NCBI GenBank assembly: GCA_039028615.1
Contig: JBCCHT010000031.1
Location: 1-64,000 of the forward strand
DNA from: Myxococcota bacterium
GTDB taxonomy: Bacteria; Myxococcota_A; Polyangia; Nannocystales; Nannocystaceae
Length of the DNA: 64,000 bases
Reading direction: 5' to 3'
Shown here: positions 47,003 to 57,107 of the stretch, in pieces
How positions within the stretch are numbered: the first letter of the stretch is position 1
Layout of the letters: each line of letters starts with the position of its first letter
The notes under the pieces: generated by a model
Databases searched by the model: none
Seen by the model: only the letters and a program-made list of their open reading frames with translations
Told to the model about the DNA's origin: nothing
Position numbers and translations under genes: made by a program

Positions 47003-47020
47003 AGTAGCGGCTGGCAACCG

Positions 47021-49897
47021 GTGGCCTTCAGCAAGCCAAAGGCGCACGAGCGGGCGGAGCGTTATGCCGCCAAGGGGCAGCACGACAAGGCCGCCCGCGA
47101 GTACCAGACGATCGTCGAGCACGATCCGAAGGATATTCGCGCGTGGCTCATGTGGGCCGACTGTCTCGTGCGCTGTGGCGATCGACCGGGCGCGGTCGAG
47201 CGCTACGAGCGAGTGGCCACCTATTACGTCGAGGCCAAAGAGGACAACAAGGCGCTCGCCGTCTATCGCCAGGTGCTCAACCTGGCGCCGCAGCGGCTCG
47301 ACGTGCAGACCAAAGTGGCCGCGCTGAACCTTCGGCTCGGCCACACCCAAGACGCGATCGCGCTGTACGAGCGGATCGGTCACGCGCAGATGCAGCTCGG
47401 TCGCATGGGCGAGGCGTTGGCGACCTACGAGATCGTCGCCGACATCGATCCCACCGCGGTCGCGAGGCGCCTGCGCTTGGCCGAGTTGTTCTCCCGAGAA
47501 AAACGCACCAAGGAGGCGGTCCGCGCCTTCGAAATGGCCGGCGACGAGCTGCACGACGCGGGGCGCATGGCCGACTACGTGCGGGTGGCCGAGCGCCTGC
47601 TCTTTCACGACGAGAGCCAGGTCGACGTCATCCGCAAGCTGTCGCGCGCCTACCTCGAGCTGGGGGATCCCCGGCGCGCGCTGATGAAGCTCAACGGGCT
47701 GCTTCGAACCAACTCGCGGGACGAAGAGGGCATCGAGCTGCTCGCCGAGACCTTCATGAGCCTGGGCAAGCCCGAGAAGGCGCTCAGCGCTCTCGAAGAG
47801 CTGGCGCGGGCGCTCAAGGCCAAGGGCCCCGACGCCAAGGCCGACACCATTCGAATCCTGCGGCGAGGCCTGCAGTGGCGACCCGCCCACGTGGAGTTCC
47901 GCGAGGCGCTGACCGAGCTCGAAGGGCGTCGCCGTAGCGGTCCGCAGCCCACGGTGCCGGCGGCCGCTGCCGCGGCCGAAGAGTCCGACGAGATCGATCT
48001 CGACACCATTGACGAAGGCGACCTCGTCGAGCTCGACGACGACGATCTGGTCATCGAAGAGGGCAGCGATGCCCGGGCCGCCGACCAGGTCTCCGCCGTC
48101 ACGCCGAGCGAGCCGCCCACCAAGGTGGCCCTGCCCGAGGCGGGCAGCTCCGCCCCCGGCACGCGACGCACCACCGAGATGGAGGCCGTGCCCTCCGTCG
48201 AGTCCTCGCTGACGCAGAGCGTGCTGTCCGAGGTCGCGGGCGATTCCCCCGATGTCGAGAGCCTCACCGACTTCGACAAGATCCTGTTCGAGGCCCGCGT
48301 CTACATCAAGTACCGGCTCTTCGAGCACTCGCTCGACCACATCCTCACCGCGCTGGGGCAGCAGCCCATGCACATCGGTGCGCTCAGCCTGCAGGCGCGG
48401 GCGCTGACCGAGCTGCAGCGCGGCGAAGAAGCGGCCGACGTCCACGTCAAGGTCGCCGAGCTGGTCGCGCCCAACGATCCCAAGCTGGCGCGCGAGCACC
48501 TGTCGGCCGCGACGGCGCTGGTCGAGGGCCACGCCGGAGCCGAGGCTCTGGCGGCTCAGGTCGCCCCCCGCGATTCGGTGGCCGTGCCCGTGCCCGTCGC
48601 CGAGCACGACGAGCACGGCGACAGCGGAGCCTTCGACCTGCTCACCGACAGCTACGCGGGCCAGAGCGCCACGGGGATGCCGGTCGAGAGCAGCACCTCG
48701 GGGCCCATTCCCATCTCCGTCGAGGACGAGCCGGCCGAGCCCGCCGCCAACCTCATCGACGCGCACGAGCATTCCGACGAGGACGTCGAGGAGTCGACGC
48801 AGCCCTTCACGCCCGTCGATCCGTCGCTGCTCGAGGAAGAGCCCGTCCCGGCGGAGCCAGAGCCAGAGCCGGAGCCGGCGCAGACCGGCCGCACGCTCAC
48901 CCCGTACGGCAATGTGCCCGAGGAGGCACCGCGGACCGGTCGCACGCTCGTGCAGATCCCGGCCATGGGCGACGACGGCGTGGAGGTGCCCGAAGGCGGG
49001 GAGACGCCATCGCTCGACTTCGGGACCGGAGCGGACGACGACCTCGAGCTCGATCTTCCGCCCGACATGGCCGAGGCGGAGGCCCCGGCCGTCGCCGAAG
49101 AGCCCGCGGCCGCCGAGGCCGAGCCGGCGGTGGCCCAGGCCCCGGTCGCGGCTGAAGCACCCGCGGGGGGCTGGCCCGACATCTCCGACGATCTGGCCGA
49201 GGTGCGCTTCTATCTCGACCAGGGTCTCGACGAGGACGCCGAGGCGGCGCTCGAAGACCTCGATCAGCGCTACCCGGGGCACCCCGAGATCCGGGCCCTC
49301 CGGGGCGGTCCCGCCGAGGAAGAGGAAGCACCCGCCGTGCTGCTCGAGGCCGAGGCAGCCGAGCCCCTGTTCGATGTCGACGAGCCCAGCGCGGCGACGC
49401 CTCTGCTCAGCTTCGACGAGGACGAGGACGAGGACGACTACCTCAGCTCGATCTTCGCCGAGCCCAGCGAGCGGGAGAACAAGCCCAGTGCGGCGGCCAC
49501 CTCCGATGGCGGCGGTGCGGGGGCCAACCTCGCCGAGGGCCAGTCGGTGGATGCCGCCACCGCGTTCGACCTGGGCGTGGCGTACCGAGAGATGGGCCTG
49601 GTCGATGCGGCCATCGCTCAATTCGAAGGGGCCGCTGGCGATCCGCAGTGGCGAGCCCGCGCGCTCACCATGTTGGGCGCCTTGCGAGTTCATCAGGGCC
49701 AGACCGAAGTCGCCATCGCCAACCTGCAAGAAGCGGTCGGCCTGGCGAGCACCGGACCGGAGTCTTCCGAGGCCGCCTACGAGCTCGCGGTGCTCTACGA
49801 AAAACTGGGAGACACGTCGTCGGCAGTGCAACAGCTGCAGAGCGTGACCCCCGGGTATCGCGACCGCGACCAGCGCTTGGCTGCGCTGGGGGGTTGA
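47021..49897 (+). CDS. sgmX: TPR protein, probable SgmX orthologue (polar activator of type IV pili)
   Basis: N-terminal TPR array, long acidic linker, C-terminal TPRs (FDLGVAYREMGL...YRD). Directly follows accC, as in M. xanthus from memory. Confidence 0.7.
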   Translation: MAFSKPKAHERAERYAAKGQHDKAAREYQTIVEHDPKDIRAWLMWADCLVRCGDRPGAVERYERVATYYVEAKEDNKALAVYRQVLNLAPQRLDVQTKVAALNLRLGHTQDAIALYERIGHAQMQLGRMGEALATYEIVADIDPTAVARRLRLAELFSREKRTKEAVRAFEMAGDELHDAGRMADYVRVAERLLFHDESQVDVIRKLSRAYLELGDPRRALMKLNGLLRTNSRDEEGIELLAETFMSLGKPEKALSALEELARALKAKGPDAKADTIRILRRGLQWRPAHVEFREALTELEGRRRSGPQPTVPAAAAAAEESDEIDLDTIDEGDLVELDDDDLVIEEGSDARAADQVSAVTPSEPPTKVALPEAGSSAPGTRRTTEMEAVPSVESSLTQSVLSEVAGDSPDVESLTDFDKILFEARVYIKYRLFEHSLDHILTALGQQPMHIGALSLQARALTELQRGEEAADVHVKVAELVAPNDPKLAREHLSAATALVEGHAGAEALAAQVAPRDSVAVPVPVAEHDEHGDSGAFDLLTDSYAGQSATGMPVESSTSGPIPISVEDEPAEPAANLIDAHEHSDEDVEESTQPFTPVDPSLLEEEPVPAEPEPEPEPAQTGRTLTPYGNVPEEAPRTGRTLVQIPAMGDDGVEVPEGGETPSLDFGTGADDDLELDLPPDMAEAEAPAVAEEPAAAEAEPAVAQAPVAAEAPAGGWPDISDDLAEVRFYLDQGLDEDAEAALEDLDQRYPGHPEIRALRGGPAEEEEAPAVLLEAEAAEPLFDVDEPSAATPLLSFDEDEDEDDYLSSIFAEPSERENKPSAAATSDGGGAGANLAEGQSVDAATAFDLGVAYREMGLVDAAIAQFEGAAGDPQWRARALTMLGALRVHQGQTEVAIANLQEAVGLASTGPESSEAAYELAVLYEKLGDTSSAVQQLQSVTPGYRDRDQRLAALGG

Positions 49898-49951
49898 TCT
49901 CCGGTCGTCCACCGCTTGTTGCGGGCCCCGTTGCCACGCCAAAGTGAGGGC

Positions 49952-51160
49952 GTGAGCGACGAAGAGACGAAACTCGGCCCCTCGACCTTGGCTGTGCACG
50001 GGGGAGAGCCGGCGGTGCGTATCGATCGCTCGCTCACCACTCCGGTCGTCAACGCCAGCGCTTATCCCTTCGAGAACACGGCCGAGCTCGTGGACTACAT
50101 GGAGGGGAGGGTGGAGCGACCGGCCGAGTACGGGCGCTACGGCAACCCCACCGTCGAGCGAGCCGAGGCCAAGCTGGCTGTGCTCGAAGGCGGCCAGGCG
50201 GGCCTGCTCTTGTCCTCGGGCATGGCCGCGATCACCACGACGCTCCTGGCGATGCTCCGACAGGGCCAGCACATCGTGCTGACCCGCGACGCGTATCGCA
50301 AGACGCGGGTCTTCGCTCGGCAGGTGCTCGCCCGCTACGGGGTGGAGGTCGACATCGTGGAGCCCACCGCCGACGCGGTGATCGACGCGATGAAGGACAA
50401 CACCCGCATCGTGTTCACCGAGGCCCCGACCAACCCCTACTTGCGGGTCATCGATCTGGCGCGGGTGGTGAAGGAAGCCAAGGCGCGGCGGATCAAGACG
50501 GTCATCGACGCGACCTTCGGTACGCCGGTCAACATGCGGCCGCTCGAGCACGGGGTCGACTTGGTGATCCACTCCGCGACCAAGTACCTCGGCGGTCACA
50601 ACGACCTGTTGGCGGGGGCGGTCATCGGCAAGGCGCCGCTGGTGGGGGCGATCCGCGAGCACCTGGGCATGGTGGGCGCCATCGTCGATCCGCAGACGGC
50701 CTTCCTGTTGCTGCGCGGGCTCAAGACCCTCGCGCTGCGGGTGCGGCAGCAAAACGAGACCGCGCTGCGGCTGGCGGGAGTGCTGGCCGAAGATCCTCGG
50801 GTCGAGCGGGTGTGGTACCCGATGCACCCGAGCCACCCCGACCACGAGATGGCCACGCGTTACCTCAGCGGGGGCGGCGGGGTCGTCTCGTTCGAACTCC
50901 ACGGCGGACTCCCGGCCGGCACTCGCTTCGTGGATGCGATGCGCATTCCCAAGCTCGCGCCCAGCCTCGGCGGCGTGGAGAGCCTCGTCGAGCAGCCGGC
51001 CTTGATGAGCTTCTACGAGCTGTCTCCCGACGAGCGCGCCGCCATCGGCATTTCCGAGGGCCTGGTGCGACTGAGCGTGGGCATCGAAGAGGCCGACGAC
51101 CTCGAGGCCGACCTGCGGCAGGCCCTCGCTGCGGTCGATGCCAAGGGCGGAACGGCGTAG
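49952..51160 (+). CDS. metB: Cystathionine gamma-synthase / trans-sulfuration PLP enzyme
   Basis: YGRYGNPT, SSGMAAI, EAPTNP, PLP lysine in SATKYLGGH, SLGGVESL, RLSVGIE. Confidence 0.8.
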   Translation: MSDEETKLGPSTLAVHGGEPAVRIDRSLTTPVVNASAYPFENTAELVDYMEGRVERPAEYGRYGNPTVERAEAKLAVLEGGQAGLLLSSGMAAITTTLLAMLRQGQHIVLTRDAYRKTRVFARQVLARYGVEVDIVEPTADAVIDAMKDNTRIVFTEAPTNPYLRVIDLARVVKEAKARRIKTVIDATFGTPVNMRPLEHGVDLVIHSATKYLGGHNDLLAGAVIGKAPLVGAIREHLGMVGAIVDPQTAFLLLRGLKTLALRVRQQNETALRLAGVLAEDPRVERVWYPMHPSHPDHEMATRYLSGGGGVVSFELHGGLPAGTRFVDAMRIPKLAPSLGGVESLVEQPALMSFYELSPDERAAIGISEGLVRLSVGIEEADDLEADLRQALAAVDAKGGTA

Positions 51161-51236
51161 TCCGGCGCGTCGCATCGCGCGGCCGGCTCGGAAACGGCGG
51201 TCGGCTTCGCGCGGTCTCGGCGGCCATGGCGACGTC

Positions 51237-51267
51237 TTGCTGGGCCCCAATGCGTCACGTACCGTCG
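51237..51267 (+). promoter_or_regulatory. Duplicated sigma-70-like promoter, copy 1
   Basis: TTGCTG-N17-TACCGT; the block TCACGTACCGTCG is shared with 52925-52937. Confidence 0.55.
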
Positions 51268-51275
51268 GCCCCCTG

Positions 51276-52835
51276 ATGAAGCGTGCATGGCTTGTTTGGG
51301 GGAGCTTGGTCGCATTGCCCGTGGGTTGCTTCAACCCGGACAACGCGACCGAGGATACCGATGGCAGCTCGGGGGACTCGGGCGCGACGACGGCGACGGC
51401 CGAGCCCACCACCGCGGCCGACGACACCACCACCGACCAAGCCGACAGCACCGGGGCGGATGACGTGGACGGGTGCGTGCAGGACTCCGATTGCGACGAT
51501 GGCCTCGCCTGCAACGGCACCGAGATCTGCGACGACGGCACCTGCTCACCGGGCGCCGGCCCCTGCACCAACCCCGACGCCGAGCACTGCGACATCTCCT
51601 GCGAGGAGTCGGCCGAGGGAGCCAACTGCGGCGTGGTGGCGGCCGACGACGACGGCGACGAGCACGGCGACATGGCCTGCGCCGCCGCCCCGGGCGACGA
51701 CTGCAACGACGACGAAGCCACGGTCTTCACCGGCGCGGAGGAAATCTGCGACGGGCTCGACAACGACTGCAACGGCCTCGCGGACCTCGAAGACGGCCTC
51801 GGACTCTACGGTACGCCCGTGATCGTGCCCGACGTGTTCTTCGCCGAGCTCGCGTACTCGCCCGCGGAGGAGAACTACGCCATCGCCTACAACGGCCCCA
51901 CGGGACCGCAGTTCGTCTCCTACAACCTCGACCAGACGCTCCGCGCCACGCCGCGGAGCTTCCCGCCCGACTTGGGGCCCGGCGATCGCGTGTTCCTGGA
52001 GGCGGCCGGAACCGGCTACGCGGGGATCTACCGCGATGACGCCGACGGTGACTTCATCCGCCAGCGCCAAGTGAATGCCGACGGCGACATCGCCATTGGT
52101 GGCGTGGTCTCGTCGTCGGGTGGCGTGGGCTTCTTCTACAGCGCGAGCGAGCTCGACGGCGGAGGCCTCGGGGTCATCTGGAACCAGGACAACACCCAGG
52201 AGACGCGACTGCGCCTGCTGGGAGACGACCTCGCGCCGCTGGGGCAGGTGCTCTCGTTGCCCTTCCAGGGCAACACGCCTCGGATCTCCCGCAACGGCGA
52301 CACCTTCGCCATCGGGACGCGAGAAGAGAGCACGTGGATGCGCTTTTACGACAACGACCTGGTCGAGCAGGCCGCGGTCGAAGTCACCAGCAGCCCCACC
52401 GGTACGATCTACGGCACCTTCGGCGTGGGCCCCATGGGTACCGGGTTCGGTGTGGCCTTCAACGGCGGCGTGGCCTCGCAGCGCGTCGAGTATGTCGAGT
52501 ACGAGGCCGACGGCACCGAGCGCTGTGGGCCCATCGTGCTCGCCGATTCGAGCCAGTCCTCGTTCCTCAACATGGACACCGATGGCTCGACCGCGGTCAT
52601 CTACGCCAGCGTGGGCGACGACTGGACGCTCTATCGCGTGGGGGAGAACTGCGAGCTCGTGGACGAAGGCGTGATGATCGAGTCGGTGACCTTCTTCGGC
52701 GAGATCGGTGACGTCGACATCAACGAGTCGGGCATCGGCATCGTCTCGCAGATCTTCGACGATGGCGGCGCCAACCCGCGGTATTCGTTCCGGGCGCTGG
52801 GACCCAACCTGTGCGACGCCCCCATCGGGGCGTGA
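51276..52835 (+). CDS. Cys-rich lipoprotein with a putative metal-binding (MopE-like) motif, paralogue 1
   Basis: Lipobox-like PVGC; CDDGLACNG.E.C; DCNDD....F.GAEEICDGLDNDC. Confidence 0.8.
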   Translation: MKRAWLVWGSLVALPVGCFNPDNATEDTDGSSGDSGATTATAEPTTAADDTTTDQADSTGADDVDGCVQDSDCDDGLACNGTEICDDGTCSPGAGPCTNPDAEHCDISCEESAEGANCGVVAADDDGDEHGDMACAAAPGDDCNDDEATVFTGAEEICDGLDNDCNGLADLEDGLGLYGTPVIVPDVFFAELAYSPAEENYAIAYNGPTGPQFVSYNLDQTLRATPRSFPPDLGPGDRVFLEAAGTGYAGIYRDDADGDFIRQRQVNADGDIAIGGVVSSSGGVGFFYSASELDGGGLGVIWNQDNTQETRLRLLGDDLAPLGQVLSLPFQGNTPRISRNGDTFAIGTREESTWMRFYDNDLVEQAAVEVTSSPTGTIYGTFGVGPMGTGFGVAFNGGVASQRVEYVEYEADGTERCGPIVLADSSQSSFLNMDTDGSTAVIYASVGDDWTLYRVGENCELVDEGVMIESVTFFGEIGDVDINESGIGIVSQIFDDGGANPRYSFRALGPNLCDAPIGA

Positions 52836-52906
52836 CCGGATCCGCGCCCTGCTCGATGGCCGGTGCCGACGAGGGATGACTCGTCGGTCTGGCCCGAGTT
52901 GAAGTG

Positions 52907-52937
52907 TTGTCGGGCCACTGGGCCTCACGTACCGTCG
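52907..52937 (+). promoter_or_regulatory. Duplicated sigma-70-like promoter, copy 2
   Basis: TTGTCG-N17-TACCGT. Confidence 0.55.
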
Positions 52938-52938
52938 A

Positions 52939-54468
52939 ATGACGATGCGATGGGCTCGGCTGGCTACGGCGGGGATGGTGGCGGTGCTCGTCGGCTGTGT
53001 CGACCGCGGCTCCGCGAGCAGCGGGTCGGGTGGAGGGTCCGGCGATGCGACCTCCGCGGTCGACGGAGCGACCGAGCCGGCCGATGGCTCCGGTGCCGAC
53101 GGGACCTCGTGCGTCGGCGATGCGGATTGCGACGATGGACTCGCCTGCAACGGCGTGGAGGTCTGCGACGCGGGCGTTTGCTCGCAAGGCGCCGACCCGT
53201 GCCCGAACCCGGATGCCGAGCACTGCGACGTCACGTGCGGGGAGTCGGGGCAGGGGGCCCAGTGCAACGTCGTCGCGCATGACGACGACGGCGACGCGCA
53301 CGGCGACCTCGCCTGCGTGGCCGCCTCGGGAGACGACTGCAACGACGACGACGCGGCGATCTTCCCGGGCGCGGAGGAAATCTGCGATGGCCTCGACAAC
53401 GACTGCGACGAGCTCGTCGACATCGAAGACGGCCTCGAGCTGTTCGGCTCGGCCCTGATCGTCGAAGACGGCCTCACTCGCCCCGCGCTGGCCTACTCGC
53501 CCCGTGACGCCACGTACGCTCTGTCGTACTTCTCCGACGAAGGGTGGCGCTTTGCCTCCTTCGAGCTGGACCAGACGCCGCGCGCGGGACCAGTGCCGTT
53601 TCCGAGCATGGGCCCGGGAGGGTTCCCCGTGTACCTCGAGGCGCTCGGCACTGGCTTCGGTGCGGTCTATCGCACCAGTGAAGAACCTCGGGTTCTCGAG
53701 TTTCTGCCGATTGATGCCGATGGGAACTTCGGGTCTGCCTCGACGATCTCCGAAGGCGGATCCCGCTATACCGCCCAGCAACTCGAGGGCGGTGGCGTGG
53801 GCGCGGTCTGGCAATCCGAGGGGAGCGCACCCGCGATCGGCTTCGTCGGGGACGACCTCGTGCCGCTCGAGACGGTCGAGTTGTCCGTCCCGGGAGGGGG
53901 GACCTTCCCGCGAATCAGTCGAAGCGGCGGGGTGACGGCGGTCGGTTTCGACGGCGCCACCCTCATACTGCATTTGTTCGCGGGCGACTTCTCTTCACCG
54001 TCCACGGTCGATCTGGGGGTCGATCCCGACGGGCTCGTGTCGGGCAATTTCGGGATGGGTCCCATGGGGAGTGGCTTCGGCCTGGCCTATGGCATCAGTG
54101 CCTTTCCCCGTCCCGACCGGCACATCGAGTACGTCGAGTACGAGCCGGACGGGACTCTGCGCTGCGGCCCCATCGTGTTGGCCGATGGAGAGCACGCCGT
54201 CTTCGCCGACATGGACACGGACGGATCGACCGCCGTCATCCTCGCGGCCGTGGACGAGCAGTGGGTGTTGTTCCGTGTGGGCGACAATTGCGAGCCGATC
54301 GGGGGGAGCGTTCGCATCGAGTCCACGCCCTACCTGGAGAGTGGCGAGGTCGTCATCAACGAGTCGGGGTTCGGCATCGCGTCGCTGCTCTCGGACGACC
54401 CCAGCGATCGGCGCGTCTCGTTCCGGGCGCTGGGTCCGAACCTGTGTGACGCCCCCGTGGGCCTCTGA
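52939..54468 (+). CDS. Cys-rich lipoprotein with a putative metal-binding motif, paralogue 2
   Basis: Lipobox LVGC; same modules as the upstream gene and the same C-terminus SFRALGPNLCDAP. Start may be 52945. Confidence 0.8.
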   Translation: MTMRWARLATAGMVAVLVGCVDRGSASSGSGGGSGDATSAVDGATEPADGSGADGTSCVGDADCDDGLACNGVEVCDAGVCSQGADPCPNPDAEHCDVTCGESGQGAQCNVVAHDDDGDAHGDLACVAASGDDCNDDDAAIFPGAEEICDGLDNDCDELVDIEDGLELFGSALIVEDGLTRPALAYSPRDATYALSYFSDEGWRFASFELDQTPRAGPVPFPSMGPGGFPVYLEALGTGFGAVYRTSEEPRVLEFLPIDADGNFGSASTISEGGSRYTAQQLEGGGVGAVWQSEGSAPAIGFVGDDLVPLETVELSVPGGGTFPRISRSGGVTAVGFDGATLILHLFAGDFSSPSTVDLGVDPDGLVSGNFGMGPMGSGFGLAYGISAFPRPDRHIEYVEYEPDGTLRCGPIVLADGEHAVFADMDTDGSTAVILAAVDEQWVLFRVGDNCEPIGGSVRIESTPYLESGEVVINESGFGIASLLSDDPSDRRVSFRALGPNLCDAPVGL

Positions 54469-54629
54469 GGCGGCCCGCGGCACGAGCCCAGGGTCCCCGG
54501 CGCCGCCTCGGATCGCGCACAGCGCACCATTTGGGCTGGCCGTCGCAACCTCGCTCAGAGTGTGCGGGAGCCCTCACATTCGCCCGGATCGGCCGATGCC
54601 AGCCTCCGGTCGCCCCTCGGCTCGCCGAC

Positions 54630-54658
54630 TTGTGCGCCACGACGCGCGTTGATATTAG
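54630..54658 (+). promoter_or_regulatory. Candidate sigma-70 promoter of tig
   Basis: TTGTGC-N17-TATTAG with a TG extended -10. Confidence 0.4.
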
Positions 54659-54687
54659 CCCGGGACTTTTCGAGCACGAGTCGACAG

Positions 54688-56097
54688 ATGGATAGCAGTA
54701 TCGAACGGATCAGCGCGGTCGAGTGTCGGGTCAAGGTTGAGATTCCGTGGACGGATGTCTCCGGGCGCCTGGCTGACAAGATGCGAGACCTGCGGCGGCG
54801 GGCACGACTCCCGGGGTTCCGCCCTGGCAAGGTGCCTCCCCAGGTGCTCGAGCGAATGTTCGGCAAGGGTGTTCGCCAGGAGCTGGCGCAGGACCTGGTG
54901 CAGGAGACCTTCCAGACCGCGGTCACCACCCACGAGACCACGCCGCTGACCCAGCCCGTGCTCGAGACGCACTCGCTGGAGAAGGGTGAGCCGTTCACCT
55001 ACGAGGCGCGCTTCGAGGTTCCGCCCGAGATCGAGCCCGACAACTACGAGGGCGTCGCCGTGCGTCGTCGTCCGGCCAAGGCGGACTCCGCCAAGGTCGA
55101 CGCCGAGCTCGAGAAGAAGCGCGAAGAGCTGTCCGAGCTGCAGCCCCTGGCCGAGGACGAGACCCGCGAGGTCACCCAGAACCTCGACGTCTGGACGGTC
55201 GACGTCGACGGCCAGGTCGGAGGCCAGCGCCTCACCCGTCGCGACGTCGAGATCGAGATCGGCTCGACCAAGAACGAGCTCATCCCCGGCCTCGCCGCGG
55301 CGATGTTCGACACCCGTCTCGACCAGGTCGGCAAGACCCGCGAGCTTCGCTTCACCCCGCCGCCCGAGCGCATGCGGGAGGAACTCAAGGGCCAGGAAGC
55401 CGTGCTCCAGGTCGGCCTGCGGAGCCTCAAGGTTCGCGTGGTGCCCGAGCTCGACGACGAGTTTGCCCGCGACACGGGCGAAGCCGAGTCGATGGACGAG
55501 CTTCGCACCAAGATCGAGGACAAGATCCGCGAGGCCGACGGTGACGAGGCCGAGCGCGAGGCTCGACGCCGCCTGGTGGAATCACTGCTCGAGGTCAACG
55601 ACTTCGAGCCCGCGCCCTCCATGGTCGCCCGCGAGGTCCAGGCCCAGGTCGAGCAGACCAAGCGTCAGCTCGCCCAGCAGGGAATGAACTTGTCCGCCAT
55701 CGGGACCACCGAGAACCAGCTCGCGCAGCGCATCCGCCCGCAGGCTTCGTTCAACGTCAAAGCGTTCCTCCTGCTCGACGCGATCGGCAAGAAGGAGAAC
55801 ATCGAGGTCACCGACGAGGAGCTCGAAAAGGAGCTCACCGACATGGCCGAGGACAGCGGGCAGAACCTCGACCGCATGAAGGCCACCATGGAGAAGAACG
55901 GGCAGATCATGCTCGTGAAGGCCCAGATGCGCGAGGAGAGGATCCTCGACCTGCTGATGGGTAAGGCCGAGATCACCGAGGCCGAGGACCCGGTCGAAGA
56001 GCAAGACCAAGAGGGCGGCGACGAAGCGTCCTCCGACGAGAGCGCGGCCGACGGCGAGTCTTCGGACAGCCCGACGCAGTCCAGCGACTCCGAATGA
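54688..56097 (+). CDS. tig: Trigger factor
   Basis: Ribosome-binding motif LPGFRPGKVP; PELDDEFA; upstream of clpP-clpX. Confidence 0.93.
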   Translation: MDSSIERISAVECRVKVEIPWTDVSGRLADKMRDLRRRARLPGFRPGKVPPQVLERMFGKGVRQELAQDLVQETFQTAVTTHETTPLTQPVLETHSLEKGEPFTYEARFEVPPEIEPDNYEGVAVRRRPAKADSAKVDAELEKKREELSELQPLAEDETREVTQNLDVWTVDVDGQVGGQRLTRRDVEIEIGSTKNELIPGLAAAMFDTRLDQVGKTRELRFTPPPERMREELKGQEAVLQVGLRSLKVRVVPELDDEFARDTGEAESMDELRTKIEDKIREADGDEAEREARRRLVESLLEVNDFEPAPSMVAREVQAQVEQTKRQLAQQGMNLSAIGTTENQLAQRIRPQASFNVKAFLLLDAIGKKENIEVTDEELEKELTDMAEDSGQNLDRMKATMEKNGQIMLVKAQMREERILDLLMGKAEITEAEDPVEEQDQEGGDEASSDESAADGESSDSPTQSSDSE

Positions 56098-56430
56098 GGG
56101 ACGCCCCAATCTGGGCTGGAGGTGAGCGATCGACGCGCGAGCTTCCACACTGTGCCCCCCCAATCGGGCGGGGCACTACTCCCCAGGTGGGCGGAACGTC
56201 CCGAGGCGGATCCCGCCAAACAGGGTTAGTCGGCCATTGTGTGGTCGAAATCCAACGATCGCATCCGGGCCGGGCCACTTGCATCGCCTGGCGCACGCGT
56301 ACACCATAGCGAGGCGGTCGGGGACGCCCACGGGGACGCAAAGGTCGGAGAGGAGCCATAGGCTCGTGCTCCTCCTAGGCGCTGCGTCTTGCCCCGAAAC
56401 GTCTTTCCCACCCCCAAGGACAAGCCTTCG

Positions 56431-57084
56431 ATGAGTCACGGCGACCACTTCGATTCTCCACCCTCGGCGAACATCCCCTTCGTCATCGAGCAGACCCACC
56501 GCGGCGAGCGTTCCTGGGACATCTACAGCCGCCTGCTCAAGGACCGCATCATCTTCCTGGGCACGCCCATCAACGACCAGGTCGCGAACATCATCATCGC
56601 GCAGCTGCTGTACCTGGAGTCCGACGACGCCGAGAAGGACATCCGCCTGTACATCAACTCGCCCGGTGGCGTGGTGACCGCGGGCCTGGCCATCTACGAC
56701 ACCATGCAGCACGTGCGCCCGCCGGTCGCCACCTACTGCATCGGTCAGGCGGCCTCCATGGGCGCGGTGATCCTCGCAGCGGGCGCGCCCGGCAAGCGCA
56801 CCGCGCTACCCAACGCCCGCATCATGATCCACCAGCCGCACGGCGGCGCCCAAGGGCAGGCCACCGACATCGAGATTCAGGCGCAAGAGGTTTTGCGCCT
56901 GCGCGCGCGGCTCAATGAAATCCTGGCGCACCATTGCGGCGTTGAAGTGGAGCAGGTGCTCAAGGACACCGACCGGGACAAATTCATGGACGCCGAGACA
57001 GCCAAGGGCTACGGTTTGGTTGACGAGGTTCTGGCCAGGCCCTTGGGCACGGGCAAGAATCCCGACCCCAAACAGGGGTCCTGA
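56431..57084 (+). CDS. clpP: ATP-dependent Clp protease proteolytic subunit
   Basis: [33 protein letters not shown]. Confidence 0.97.
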   Translation: MSHGDHFDSPPSANIPFVIEQTHRGERSWDIYSRLLKDRIIFLGTPINDQVANIIIAQLLYLESDDAEKDIRLYINSPGGVVTAGLAIYDTMQHVRPPVATYCIGQAASMGAVILAAGAPGKRTALPNARIMIHQPHGGAQGQATDIEIQAQEVLRLRARLNEILAHHCGVEVEQVLKDTDRDKFMDAETAKGYGLVDEVLARPLGTGKNPDPKQGS

Positions 57085-57107
57085 CCCGAATCCCGACCCT
57101 CTGACGC

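Noticed and set aside
46919..51772. 1617-aa antisense ORF
   Set aside because: It overlaps sgmX, metB and a lipoprotein gene on the opposite strand and has shadow-frame composition.
54469..54687. Possible tRNA upstream of tig
   Set aside because: No T-loop (GTTCRA) or cloverleaf was found by eye.
56321..56380. GGGACGCAAAG, resembling part of a c-di-GMP-I riboswitch
   Set aside because: The upstream GGCAAAC/GNRA stem and the downstream conserved stem are missing.
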